Below, one piece after another: positions 9,171 through 19,888 of a DNA stretch of 64,000 nt. The position numbers and the translations under genes were made by a program. Location: positions 170,269 to 234,268 of the forward strand of contig NZ_JAKWBN010000001.1 of assembly GCF_022511585.1 (NCBI RefSeq). The letters are read 5' to 3'. How positions within the stretch are numbered: the first letter of the stretch is position 1; each line of letters starts with the position of its first letter. A model generated the notes under the pieces. The model made no database searches. It saw nothing but the letters and a program-made list of their open reading frames with translations, and was not told where the DNA came from. This DNA comes from Shimazuella soli (lineage in GTDB: Bacteria > Bacillota > Bacilli > Thermoactinomycetales > Thermoactinomycetaceae).

Positions 9171-10889
9171 ATGGAACATCTTTCATCTATTAAACCTATG
9201 ACAACAGGTAATAATCTACTGGATTATGATAAAGAAAGAGAATTATTTCAGTGGTCCGATGTAGAAAAAGTATTTAGTTGGCATCAAACAGGTAAGGTGA
9301 ATGTCGCCTATGAGTGTGTGGATCGACATGTAGCAAACGGCAAAGGGGATAAAGTCGCTCTTTCTTATAGTGATCCTGTACGTCAAGAAAATATTACGTA
9401 TGAGGAATTAAGGAAAAATTCTAATCGATTTGCTAATTTTTTAAAGCGCTTACATATTCAACAAGGAGATCGTGTCTTTATCTTTTTGCCACGAACTCCA
9501 GAGTTTTATGCAAGTTTTTTTGGAGTTTTAAAAGTGGGAGCGATTGTAGGTCCGTTATTTGAAGCATTTATGACTGCTGCTGTGAAGGATCGTCTGGATA
9601 ATAGTGAAGCAGTAGCACTTGTTACAACACCAGATCTATTAAAACGTGTTCCTGTTGCGGAACTGCCTCATCTAAAGAAAATTATTTTGATAGGTGGGGA
9701 AGATAATGATTCGTTAGGCCACTACTCTTATGAAAAAGGCGTGGCAAATCAATCTTCGGATTTTTCAATAGAATGGGTGGATTTGGAACATCCGATGATT
9801 ATTCATTATACTTCTGGTTCCACAGGTAAACCAAAAGGAGTTTTGCATGTTCATCATGCAATGGTTCAACATTACCAAACAGGAAAATATGTACTTGATC
9901 TTAGAGAAGATGATATTTATTGGTGTACTGCTGATCCTGGTTGGGTTACGGGTACCTCTTATGGAATTTTTGCACCATGGCTGCATGGAGTTACCAATGT
10001 GATCCGTGGGGGACGTTTTAGTCCAGATGATTGGTATCAAACTTTGGAGGCTAATCAGGTAACAGTTTGGTATAGTGCACCAACAGCTTTTCGCATGTTG
10101 ATGGCTGCAGGAGATGAAGTGGTAGAGAAATACGATTTAAGTAAAGTGCGACATATTATGAGTGTTGGTGAACCACTGAATCCAGAAGTAATTCGTTGGG
10201 GATTAAAAGTATATAATAAACGAATTCACGATACTTGGTGGATGACAGAAACCGGTGGAATAGTCATTGCAAATTATCCACAAATGGAAATTCGCCCAGG
10301 TTCAATGGGACGCCCAATTCCTGGTGTTGACGCTGCAATTATTGATGATAATGGAGTAGAATTACCGCCAAATACAATGGGACATTTGGCAGTAAAAACG
10401 CCTTGGCCATCTATGATGCGAACCATTTGGAATAATACGGAAAAGTATAAAGAATATTTTCGGATTCCTGGTTGGTATTTTTCAGGAGATACCGCTTACC
10501 AAGATGAAGATGGATACTTTTGGTTCCAAGGACGAGATGATGATGTGATCAATACATCAGGAGAGAGAGTTGGACCATTTGAAGTAGAAAGTAAATTGGT
10601 AGAGCATCCAGCAGTTGCAGAAGCAGGTGTGATAGGTAAACCAGATGAATTACGTGGTCAGATTATCAAAGCTTTCATTGCTCTGCGTGATGGCCATATA
10701 CCTTCAGAAGAGCTGAAACAAGAAATCGCTGCTTTTGTTAAAAGTGGGCTGGCAGCACATGCTGCACCTCGTGAGATTGAGTTTAAAGATAAATTACCTA
10801 AAACGCGTAGTGGAAAAATTATGCGTCGGGTGTTAAAAGCATGGGAACTCGGACTTCCGACAGGTGATTTATCTACACTAGAAGATTAG
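9171..10889 (+). CDS. acsA: acetyl-CoA synthetase
   Basis: 572 aa, with adenylate-forming motifs (YTSGSTGKPKG, TWWMTETGG) and a B. subtilis AcsA-like N-terminus. Confidence 0.9.
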   Translation: MEHLSSIKPMTTGNNLLDYDKERELFQWSDVEKVFSWHQTGKVNVAYECVDRHVANGKGDKVALSYSDPVRQENITYEELRKNSNRFANFLKRLHIQQGDRVFIFLPRTPEFYASFFGVLKVGAIVGPLFEAFMTAAVKDRLDNSEAVALVTTPDLLKRVPVAELPHLKKIILIGGEDNDSLGHYSYEKGVANQSSDFSIEWVDLEHPMIIHYTSGSTGKPKGVLHVHHAMVQHYQTGKYVLDLREDDIYWCTADPGWVTGTSYGIFAPWLHGVTNVIRGGRFSPDDWYQTLEANQVTVWYSAPTAFRMLMAAGDEVVEKYDLSKVRHIMSVGEPLNPEVIRWGLKVYNKRIHDTWWMTETGGIVIANYPQMEIRPGSMGRPIPGVDAAIIDDNGVELPPNTMGHLAVKTPWPSMMRTIWNNTEKYKEYFRIPGWYFSGDTAYQDEDGYFWFQGRDDDVINTSGERVGPFEVESKLVEHPAVAEAGVIGKPDELRGQIIKAFIALRDGHIPSEELKQEIAAFVKSGLAAHAAPREIEFKDKLPKTRSGKIMRRVLKAWELGLPTGDLSTLED

Positions 10890-10892
10890 TGG

Positions 10893-10926
10893 GAAAGCCA
10901 TTCATCAATAGATGAATGGCTTTTAA
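10893..10926. terminator. bidirectional rho-independent terminator after acsA
   Basis: gccattcatc-aatag-gatgaatggc perfect stem flanked by A/T runs. A degenerate copy lies at 11055-11088. Confidence 0.75.
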
Positions 10927-11147
10927 AATCAGTTATAGGAATCGTGAAGAACGACGAATCTCTTTCGATAAACTTATAAACCTGAATATTAAGTAATGAT
11001 GAAAATTAGGAGACCAGCTGTTAAGTCTGTAAGTTAATAAGAAGTTAATAAGGATAGAGAAAGGAGAAAAAGCCAATCATTTTTGTGAATGGCTTTAGAG
11101 GTGATTTTTGGAGATAGAATTTTATTTTATTTCTTGATTCTATTTTA

Positions 11148-11783
<636 letters not shown>

Positions 11784-11932
11784 CCGAACTACACCTGCCT
11801 TATAAATGATAACTGATATAAGCTATAATATGGAAAAGTTCTGTTTTGGAGTGGTTATTTTATCTAGTATCTATACCTATTTCTCAAAATAAAAAACTCA
11901 CTTCTATTTGTTGCAAGAAGTGAGTTTTTGTC

Positions 11933-14290
11933 CTACTCGGATTGATTCTCTTCTGATTTATTTGGTTTATTTGAGAATAATCCATTGCCATCAGTGGGGG
12001 CATTATTTGATCCGTTATTGGAAGATTCCTCATGCTTTTGGTCTTTTGTATGGTTAGGAGGAACAATACCTGTATTTTTATTAGGCTGCTGCTCTTTTTT
12101 GTTTTTCTGCTTTTTGTCTTTCTTTTTCTGTTCTTCTTTTGGATTACCTTGGTTAGCATCTGTTTCTGGTTGTTCTGGAGCTTGACGGTTACATTCAAAA
12201 CATTTATTTCCCAACGAACCACCAGGGTCTTGAAAGTCAGAGCCTTTTCGTATTAGGGTAGGGTTAGTTGCTGCTGCTGCTTTAAACAGCTTTACCCATG
12301 CTGTTTTCGCTAAATCATGGTCACCTTTTTTGTTGTAATCATAGCCAGACCATACACCCATAGATACTTCAGGAGTATATCCAACAAACCATAAATCATA
12401 TTGGTTGGAAGTTGTTCCTGTTTTACCAGCGATATTATATCCAGAAATTTGCCCAATAAATCCTTCTGCTGTACCACTTCTTACTACTTGTTTTAACATT
12501 CCTGTCAATTGATAAGCAGTCTGTGGTGTAAATACTTGTTTTGGCGCATTTTCTTTTGCATAGTCGTAGATAACATGTCCTTGAGAGTCCGTAATTTTAG
12601 AAATTAAGTGCGGCTTATTGAATTTTCCTCCATTTGCAATCATGGCATATCCACCAGTCATTTGTTCCACTGTATACCCATATGTAGCTCCGCCGAGTAC
12701 AAGTGATTCTCTATCTTTTTTATCTGGAGACATACCGATTGCTCGAATATAATCAAAGACTTTTTGTCTGCTACCTAATTTGTTTTCGGTTGCCCGGAAA
12801 ACCTTGATAGCTGGAATATTGTATGAGAACTGCAATGCTTTTGTAGCAGTTACTGCACCATGAAAATTGCCGCCATCGTTTTTATAATATATAGAACTGT
12901 TTTCTTTCTTTATAGGTTCATCAACGATAATCGAATTTGGTGAAATAACACCCTCATTAATAGCAGGTCCATATGCTAAGAGCGGTTTCATGGAAGAACC
13001 AGGTTGGTTTTGTGCATCAAAAGCATGGTCTTTTTGATTTTCTTCAAAATCTGTTCCTGCAAAGAATGAAAGGACAGAACCAGTTTTGTTTTCAATCATT
13101 ACAGAACCTATTTGCTCTCGAACCAAAACACCATTGATTTTCCGACGGGGGAAGTCTATATTTTTCACTGATTTATTCATACTCTCATAGAGTGCTTGAT
13201 CAACAGTAGAATATATCTTTAGCCCGCCTCCTCGTACTTTATCGCTATAGTATTTATAAGGTCGATCTTTTGCCTCTTCTGGATGGTATTTTTTATCCAG
13301 TTCTTGCAAGACTTTGATTGCCTCGCTTTCTACAGCAGAGATAATAAAAGGATAAGTTTCATATGCATTTTTAAAATCGCTTGGCTTGGCGAGAGATTTC
13401 GTAATGTCATATTTAGCAGCTTCATCTCGTTGCGCAGGAGTAATTTTTCCATTGGCAACCATGTAATCTAGAACCATTTTCATTCGTTTCATGCCGCGTT
13501 TAATTTTTGTTTTTTGTATTTCTGGATCATTGGAGAAAGGATTGTATTTGATAGGCTGCTGAACCATTCCAGCTATATAAGCTGCCTCTGGAAGCGTCAA
13601 ATCTTTTGCATCTTTATTAAAAAGTCCTCGTGCTGCGGCCATAACACCATACATATGTTTACCATTAGCACCTTTAAAAAAATATACACTATTGAGATAT
13701 TTTACTAAAATCTCGTCTTTTTTATAAAATTTCTCTAAGCGTAGGGCATTTACAATTTCTAGTGATTTTCGTTCTAAAGATCGCTCACGATTGCCTAAGA
13801 TTTCGTTTTTTACAAGCTGCTGTGTTAAGGTGCTACCACCAGTGACTACTTTACTACCAATAGCTTGTTGAAAAGCAGCACGTAATACAGCAGTGGGAAC
13901 AACACCATCATGAGTATAAAATTGTCTGTCTTCGGTTGAAAATAATGCATTTAGTAAATTAGGGCTTACGTCACTTGGTTTTCTGACTAAAACTCGGTCT
14001 TTCTCGTTGTTCATGGCTCCAATTAGTTTAGGCTTTCCTGTGGTAGCGTCGCGGAAGTAAGCATAACTGGTTTCCGACCAGCCATTTAAGTCTTCATCAA
14101 AATCTTTTTTCGTTCGTATTTTTTCATTTTTTGTATAAGCTGATACGATACCAGCACCCACTCCTAGTACAGCAACGGCAGCAACTAGGAAAATAATTAG
14201 TATGCTATAAAGTGTCACCAAGAATAAGTTCTTCTTCTTTCGTCTCTTGGGAGGCACTTGTCTATTATATTGTTCCTGCATTTCTTTCAT
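11933..14290 (-). CDS. class A penicillin-binding protein (glycosyltransferase + transpeptidase), paralog 1 of 3, with Q/N/K-rich C-terminal tail
   Basis: N-terminal signal anchor, then GT51 motifs (EDRQFYTHDGV, GGSTLTQQLVKN) and a transpeptidase domain (SSMKP, KTGTT). Own terminator at 11891-11929. Confidence 0.85.
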   Translation of the reverse strand: MKEMQEQYNRQVPPKRRKKKNLFLVTLYSILIIFLVAAVAVLGVGAGIVSAYTKNEKIRTKKDFDEDLNGWSETSYAYFRDATTGKPKLIGAMNNEKDRVLVRKPSDVSPNLLNALFSTEDRQFYTHDGVVPTAVLRAAFQQAIGSKVVTGGSTLTQQLVKNEILGNRERSLERKSLEIVNALRLEKFYKKDEILVKYLNSVYFFKGANGKHMYGVMAAARGLFNKDAKDLTLPEAAYIAGMVQQPIKYNPFSNDPEIQKTKIKRGMKRMKMVLDYMVANGKITPAQRDEAAKYDITKSLAKPSDFKNAYETYPFIISAVESEAIKVLQELDKKYHPEEAKDRPYKYYSDKVRGGGLKIYSTVDQALYESMNKSVKNIDFPRRKINGVLVREQIGSVMIENKTGSVLSFFAGTDFEENQKDHAFDAQNQPGSSMKPLLAYGPAINEGVISPNSIIVDEPIKKENSSIYYKNDGGNFHGAVTATKALQFSYNIPAIKVFRATENKLGSRQKVFDYIRAIGMSPDKKDRESLVLGGATYGYTVEQMTGGYAMIANGGKFNKPHLISKITDSQGHVIYDYAKENAPKQVFTPQTAYQLTGMLKQVVRSGTAEGFIGQISGYNIAGKTGTTSNQYDLWFVGYTPEVSMGVWSGYDYNKKGDHDLAKTAWVKLFKAAAATNPTLIRKGSDFQDPGGSLGNKCFECNRQAPEQPETDANQGNPKEEQKKKDKKQKNKKEQQPNKNTGIVPPNHTKDQKHEESSNNGSNNAPTDGNGLFSNKPNKSEENQSE

Positions 14291-14468
14291 TTTCCCCTCC
14301 TCATGTATGTAAGAATTATATCATAGGAGGTATTGGTTACATTTAGATCATTCTTGTGACGTTTTCCTTATGAAATAGAAATGTATTTATAATTCACCTA
14401 AAGGATAGAGGTTGATAAATCGAAAAACCCGCTCTTCTGATTGGAAGAAGCGGGTGATCGATGTAGGA

Positions 14469-16796
14469 TTAATTTTCTTTTCTTTTTTGAATGTTGCCAG
14501 GGAAAAGACCATTTTGATTTTGTGACGGTTGATTGCTATTAGTGGTATTGGATTGCCCTGTATTTGTGTTCGTTTGATTTGTTTGGATATTGGCACCTGC
14601 ATCGGTACTTGGTTGTTGCTGCTGCCCCTGTGTCTGTTGTCCGTTATCGGAGTTAGAGGAATCAGGGGATTGGCGATTACATTCAAAGCATTTTTCATCT
14701 GATGAGCCGCCGGGGTCTTGGAAATCAGTCCCTTTTGGTATCAGCGTAGGATTAGTAGATGCTGCCGCTTTAAACAGCTTCACCCATGCTGTTTTCGCTA
14801 AATCATGGTCACCTTTTTTGTTGTAATCATAGCCAGACCATACACCCATAGATACTTCAGGAGTGTACCCAACAAACCATAGGTCATATTGTTTGGAAGT
14901 TGTTCCTGTTTTACCAGCAATATTGTAACCAGAAATTTGTCCAATAAATCCTTCTGCTGTACCATTTCTTACTACTTGTTTTAACATTCCTGTCAATTGA
15001 TAAGCAGTCTGTGGTGTAAATACTTGTTTTGGCGCATTTTCTTTTGCATAGTCGTAGATAACATTTCCTTGAGAGTCCATAATTTTAGAAATCAAGTGCG
15101 GCTTATTGAATTTTCCTCCATTTGCAATCATGGCATATCCACCAGTCATTTGTTCCACTGTATACCCATATGTAGCTCCGCCGAGTACAAGTGATTCTCC
15201 ATCTTGTTTATCTGGAGACATACCGATTGCCCGTATATAATCAAAGACTTTTTGTTTGCCGCCTAATTTGTTTTCGGTTGCCCGGAAAACCTTGATGGCT
15301 GGAATATTATATGAGAACTGCAATGCTTTCGTAGCAGTTACTGCACCATGGAAATTGCCGCCATCGTTTTTATAATATATAGAACTGTTTTCTTTCTTTA
15401 TAGGTTCATCAACGATAATCGAATTTGGTGAAATAACACCCTCATTAATAGCAGGCCCATATGCTAAGAGAGGTTTCATTGAGGACCCTGGTTGGTTCAG
15501 AGCATCAAAAGCATGGTCTTTTTGGTTTTCATCAAAGTCTGTACCTGAAAAGAAGGAGAGCACATTTCCTGTCTTGTTTTCCACCATCACGGCACCAATT
15601 TGTTCTCGAATTAACTTTCCATTGATTTTACGGCGAGGAAAATCAAGATTTTTAACCGATTTGTTCATGTTATCGTAAAGTGCTTGGTCCACTGTAGAGT
15701 AGATTTTTAATCCGCCAACGTTCACTTTATCGCTGTAATATTTATAGGATCTTTCTTTTGCTTCGTCAGGATGATATTTTTTATCCATTTCTTGCAAGTC
15801 TTTTATCGCTTCACTTTCAATAGCAGAAATGACAAATGGATAGGTTACATAAGCGTTTTTAAAATCACTTGGTTTAGCAAATGATTTCGTGATGTCATAT
15901 TTCGCTGCCTCATCTCGTTGCTGAGGTGTAATTTTTCCGTTTGCTACCATGTTGTCGAGAACGAGCTTCATACGCTTTTTACCAAGTTTGATATTTTGTT
16001 TTTGTTTCTTTTCATCATTTGTAGAAAATGGATTGTAAGCATTAGGACGTTGACACATTCCAGCGATATAAGCTGCTTCTGGAAGGGTCAAATCTTTTGC
16101 GTCTTTGTTAAAAAGCCCGCGTGCTGCTGCCATTACCCCATACATGTGCTTACCATTCGCACCTTTGCCAAAATAAACACTGTTAAGATAACTAACAAAG
16201 ATCTCTTCTTTTGTATAATACTTTTCTAATCTCAAGGCATTTACAATTTCTAATGCTTTGCGCTCGAAGGATTTGTGTCTGTCTCCTAAGATTTCGTTTT
16301 TGACCAATTGTTGTGTTAAGGTACTACCACCTGTTGTTACTTCACTACCAGTTACTTGCTGCAAGGCTGCACGCAGGATAGAACTTGGTACAATCCCATT
16401 GTGAGAGTAAAACTGTCTGTCTTCGGTAGACAATATGGCATTTAACAAATTTTGATCCACATCGGACAATTTTCGAACGAGTACACGGTCTTTTTCATTG
16501 TGCATCGCACCGATTAGTTTAGGTTGTCCAGTAGTGGCGTCTCGAAAATAAGCATAGCTTGTTTCTGACCAGCCACTTAAGTCTTCATCATAATCTTTCT
16601 TGGTACGAATTTTTTCGTCTTTTGTGTACGCTGACACAATTCCAGACCCAACGCCAAAAATTGCAACTGCTGCAACTAAAACGAGGGTTACTATAACATA
16701 AAGTGTAACCAAGATGATTTTCTTTTTACTCCGTTTTTTCTTGGTGTTCACCGGTATATAATTTTGCTCCTGCATTTCTCCGATTTCCCTCCTCAT
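14469..16796 (-). CDS. class A penicillin-binding protein, paralog 2 (~85% identical to paralog 1), Q/N/T/S-rich tail
   Basis: Same motifs as paralog 1. Own terminator at 14429-14457. Confidence 0.85.
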   Translation of the reverse strand: MRREIGEMQEQNYIPVNTKKKRSKKKIILVTLYVIVTLVLVAAVAIFGVGSGIVSAYTKDEKIRTKKDYDEDLSGWSETSYAYFRDATTGQPKLIGAMHNEKDRVLVRKLSDVDQNLLNAILSTEDRQFYSHNGIVPSSILRAALQQVTGSEVTTGGSTLTQQLVKNEILGDRHKSFERKALEIVNALRLEKYYTKEEIFVSYLNSVYFGKGANGKHMYGVMAAARGLFNKDAKDLTLPEAAYIAGMCQRPNAYNPFSTNDEKKQKQNIKLGKKRMKLVLDNMVANGKITPQQRDEAAKYDITKSFAKPSDFKNAYVTYPFVISAIESEAIKDLQEMDKKYHPDEAKERSYKYYSDKVNVGGLKIYSTVDQALYDNMNKSVKNLDFPRRKINGKLIREQIGAVMVENKTGNVLSFFSGTDFDENQKDHAFDALNQPGSSMKPLLAYGPAINEGVISPNSIIVDEPIKKENSSIYYKNDGGNFHGAVTATKALQFSYNIPAIKVFRATENKLGGKQKVFDYIRAIGMSPDKQDGESLVLGGATYGYTVEQMTGGYAMIANGGKFNKPHLISKIMDSQGNVIYDYAKENAPKQVFTPQTAYQLTGMLKQVVRNGTAEGFIGQISGYNIAGKTGTTSKQYDLWFVGYTPEVSMGVWSGYDYNKKGDHDLAKTAWVKLFKAAASTNPTLIPKGTDFQDPGGSSDEKCFECNRQSPDSSNSDNGQQTQGQQQQPSTDAGANIQTNQTNTNTGQSNTTNSNQPSQNQNGLFPGNIQKRKEN

Positions 16797-16908
16797 ATGT
16801 ACGAATTATAACACAGCAAGTTTGAAATAAGTTTATAGATTTATTGTGACAATGTTTTCTTCGCGAAGGTAAATATACCCAAGAAGAAAAGCCCGCATAA
16901 GGGGCTTT

Positions 16909-19353
16909 TTAATTATTTACGATAGGGGAGTTGTTTCCTCCATCTTTTGGAGCACCATTCGAACCACCTGAACCATTGTTGTTATTACTAGTTCCATTGT
17001 CATTGGATGATCCTCCATTATTAGTGGTTGTTCCTCCATTAGAGCCATCCCCAGAGCCGCCATTCGAATCTCCGCCGTTTGATCCATCACCTGATCCACC
17101 GTCTGAACTAGGAGGCTTATCGCCATCATTTTCATCTTTGTTTGGTGGAGGAGTGGAAGGAGTAGAAGGTTTGGTAGATTCGGACGATTTGTGGTTATTT
17201 TTCTTTTTATTTTTAGATTTTTCTTTTGCTGCATTTGCATCTTCATAACTTTTCTTTTTGTCGCATTCAAATCCGCATTTTTCTGGTCCTATATCCCCAG
17301 GATTAACGAAATCTGTTCCTCTAGGAATGATATCTGCTGCTTGTTCAATTGCTGCGTTAAAAATGTTGGCCCATGCTTTTTTAGAAAACTTATCATCTGC
17401 ATACATGGGGAAGTTATAGTCGTAACCGCTCCATACCCCAATCGTTACTTCAGGTGTATAGCCGATGAACCATAAATCTTTTTCATCTGAAGTAGTCCCT
17501 GTTTTGCCTGCTACTTCATACCCGGAAGGAATCTGTGCTCCAATGTAAGCTGCTGTACCGCTGAGAACCGTTTTTAAGATGCCCGTCATTTGATAAGCTG
17601 TTTGTGGTGAGAAGACTCGTCTTGGATTTTGTTTTCTTTCAAATAAAACTTTTCCATCAGCATCCGTTACTTTAGAAATCATATAAGGTTTGTTGTACAA
17701 GCCTCCATTTGCAAGAGTAGAGAAGGCAGCTGTCATTTTTTCCACGGTATAGCCATTTGTTGCCCCGCCGATAGCAGCAGCTTCTCCATCTTTAGGAGAA
17801 GGAGGCAGATTTAATTCCTTCAGGTAATTAAATCCTTTTTGATGTCCTAAGGCGTTAAATGTTTTGATAGCAGGAATGTTATAGGACCATTTTAAAGCAT
17901 CTTGAACAGTTACAAATCCTTTATAACTTCCATTTGCATTTTTGTAATAACCCGAGCCATCACTCTTCATAATCGGTTCATCGAGTATTTGCGAATGAGG
18001 AGATACAATTCCTTCTTCTATCGCTGGCCCATAAACAAGCAAAGGTTTGATGGAAGAGCCTGGCTGTCTGGGTACTTGCAGTGCGTGATCCTTTTGGTTA
18101 TCGTCAAATGACTCTGTTCCAGAAACAAACGCTAAGACAGCACCAGTCTTATTATTGATAATGGTTGCCCCAAGCTGTTCATGTGTTTGTTTTCCGGCAT
18201 ACGTACGATTGTGGAATTCCAATCCTTTTGTTGCAGCTTTGTTAACAGCATTGTAAAGTCCTTCATCAATCGTCGTATAGAAGCGAAAACCTCCAGTAAC
18301 AGCTTTCTTTTTATATTCCTCTAAAGTAGAACGATATTTCCCTTCTTTACTGAGTTGTTCCACGTCGAGGTGATCCATTTCCATCAAAGTCTCTGCGGCT
18401 TCATCTTCCATAGCAAACATGATGAATGGATATTTCTCATAACCATTATCAAAATCAGACGGTTTGGCAAGTGACTTTTTGATGTTGAAATGGATTGCTT
18501 CATCGTATTGTTTTTTGGTGATTTTTTTATTTTGAAGCATTTCGGTTAATACTAGTTTTAATCGCTTCATGCCGCGTTTATAGTTTTTTGGATCTTCATC
18601 AAGCGGATTCAATGCATTTGGACGTTGAACCATACCAGCAATGTATGCAGCTTGAGCGAGATTGAGTTCTTTAGGAGTTTTGTTAAAAAGTCCTTTTGCA
18701 GCGGCTTGAACGCCATACATCTTTCGGCCATTTGCACCTTTTCCAAAAAAGACGCTATTCATATAGTAAACGAGAATTTCATCTTTGCTGTACATCTGTT
18801 CCATGCGAAGCGCTAAAACAATTTCATTTGCTTTTCGTTCTATATCTTTTTTGCGGTTTTTTAGAACGATATTTTTGACCAATTGCTGAGTCAGTGTACT
18901 ACCTCCAGTAGTGACTTCACTACCAACGGCTTGCTGAAAAGCGGCACGGATGATAGATCGAGGAACAATTCCTTTGTGTGTATAGAAATCTCTATCTTCC
19001 ACAGAGATAAATGCATTGACCAAATAAGGAGTTACATCACTGACTTTTTTGATCATGCCACGATCATTATCAAAACGCAGTGCCCCAATTGCCACTGGCT
19101 TTCCATTTTTATCTGTGTTTTGGAAGTAAGCATAACTGGTTTGAAATAAACTGTTTAGTTCTTTGTCAAAGTCTTGTTTGGTGCGGACTTTTTCATCTTT
19201 TACAACAGCAGAGACGATACCAGCCCCTGCACCAATTACGATTGCTGCTATTGTCAATGCAAGAATTACAATAATAAAGAATGTTCGTATACTCCAACGT
19301 ACAATTTGGCTGGTGTCTACATGGGGTTTCTTTGTCCATTTTTGTAGATTCAC
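16909..19353 (-). CDS. class A penicillin-binding protein, paralog 3 (more divergent), Gly/Ser/Asn/Asp-rich tail
   Basis: GT51 (EDRDFYTHKGI, GGSTLTQQLVKN) plus transpeptidase motifs. Terminator at 16888-16912. Confidence 0.85.
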   Translation of the reverse strand: MNLQKWTKKPHVDTSQIVRWSIRTFFIIVILALTIAAIVIGAGAGIVSAVVKDEKVRTKQDFDKELNSLFQTSYAYFQNTDKNGKPVAIGALRFDNDRGMIKKVSDVTPYLVNAFISVEDRDFYTHKGIVPRSIIRAAFQQAVGSEVTTGGSTLTQQLVKNIVLKNRKKDIERKANEIVLALRMEQMYSKDEILVYYMNSVFFGKGANGRKMYGVQAAAKGLFNKTPKELNLAQAAYIAGMVQRPNALNPLDEDPKNYKRGMKRLKLVLTEMLQNKKITKKQYDEAIHFNIKKSLAKPSDFDNGYEKYPFIMFAMEDEAAETLMEMDHLDVEQLSKEGKYRSTLEEYKKKAVTGGFRFYTTIDEGLYNAVNKAATKGLEFHNRTYAGKQTHEQLGATIINNKTGAVLAFVSGTESFDDNQKDHALQVPRQPGSSIKPLLVYGPAIEEGIVSPHSQILDEPIMKSDGSGYYKNANGSYKGFVTVQDALKWSYNIPAIKTFNALGHQKGFNYLKELNLPPSPKDGEAAAIGGATNGYTVEKMTAAFSTLANGGLYNKPYMISKVTDADGKVLFERKQNPRRVFSPQTAYQMTGILKTVLSGTAAYIGAQIPSGYEVAGKTGTTSDEKDLWFIGYTPEVTIGVWSGYDYNFPMYADDKFSKKAWANIFNAAIEQAADIIPRGTDFVNPGDIGPEKCGFECDKKKSYEDANAAKEKSKNKKKNNHKSSESTKPSTPSTPPPNKDENDGDKPPSSDGGSGDGSNGGDSNGGSGDGSNGGTTTNNGGSSNDNGTSNNNNGSGGSNGAPKDGGNNSPIVNN

Positions 19354-19399
19354 CTTGATACCTCCCTGGCGATAAGGTAATATTGTAACATAATTTGAT

Positions 19400-19650
19400 A
19401 AACAATAAGTGTTGAACTAAGCGAGTAGTCCCATGTATGTATCGTTCAGAGAGCTGGTGGAAAACAAAATGTATTTGTCGTTTTGTTAGGTGCGAACCAG
19501 TCGAACACATAGGATCAAATTACACTTAGGAAGCTTTGCGTTTAAACGCACGGGAGACCCGTTATATCTTATTCGAGTGGAGAACTTTTGGTTTTCAACA
19601 AGGGTGGTACCGCGGGCATAGCTCCGTCCCTTTTTAGGGACGGAGTTTTT
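19400..19650 (+). promoter_or_regulatory. T-box leader (tRNA-sensing riboswitch) preceding tyrS
   Basis: Conserved T-box sequence AGGGTGGTACCGCGG at 19599-19616, overlapping the terminator hairpin ctccgtccct/agggacggag + TTTTT at 19621-19649. The specifier loop was not resolved by eye. Confidence 0.7.
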
Positions 19651-19888
19651 CTATTCTCCACTTACTTGTCTTGGTTACTTCACTAGAGATCTCCAGAAAG
19701 GAGCGTGATACTTTTGTCAGACCTAAAAAAAGTAACACTCGCAGATGCGTTATCCAAATTATTGCTCACCAAAAAATATAAACGCGGTGAGGCAATTCCT
19801 ATTACAGAACTATTTGCGAAGGAGCAAAAAAAGCAGCAAATACCTACTGAAATTAGGAAGTAATCTTTCACAAGGAGTGAACTTAGCA

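Noticed and set aside
19745-19888. Upstream extension of tyrS to the track start
   Set aside because: No RBS. It is a different frame from the candidate small ORF, and the conserved TyrS N-terminus starts at 19889 with AAGGAGTG.
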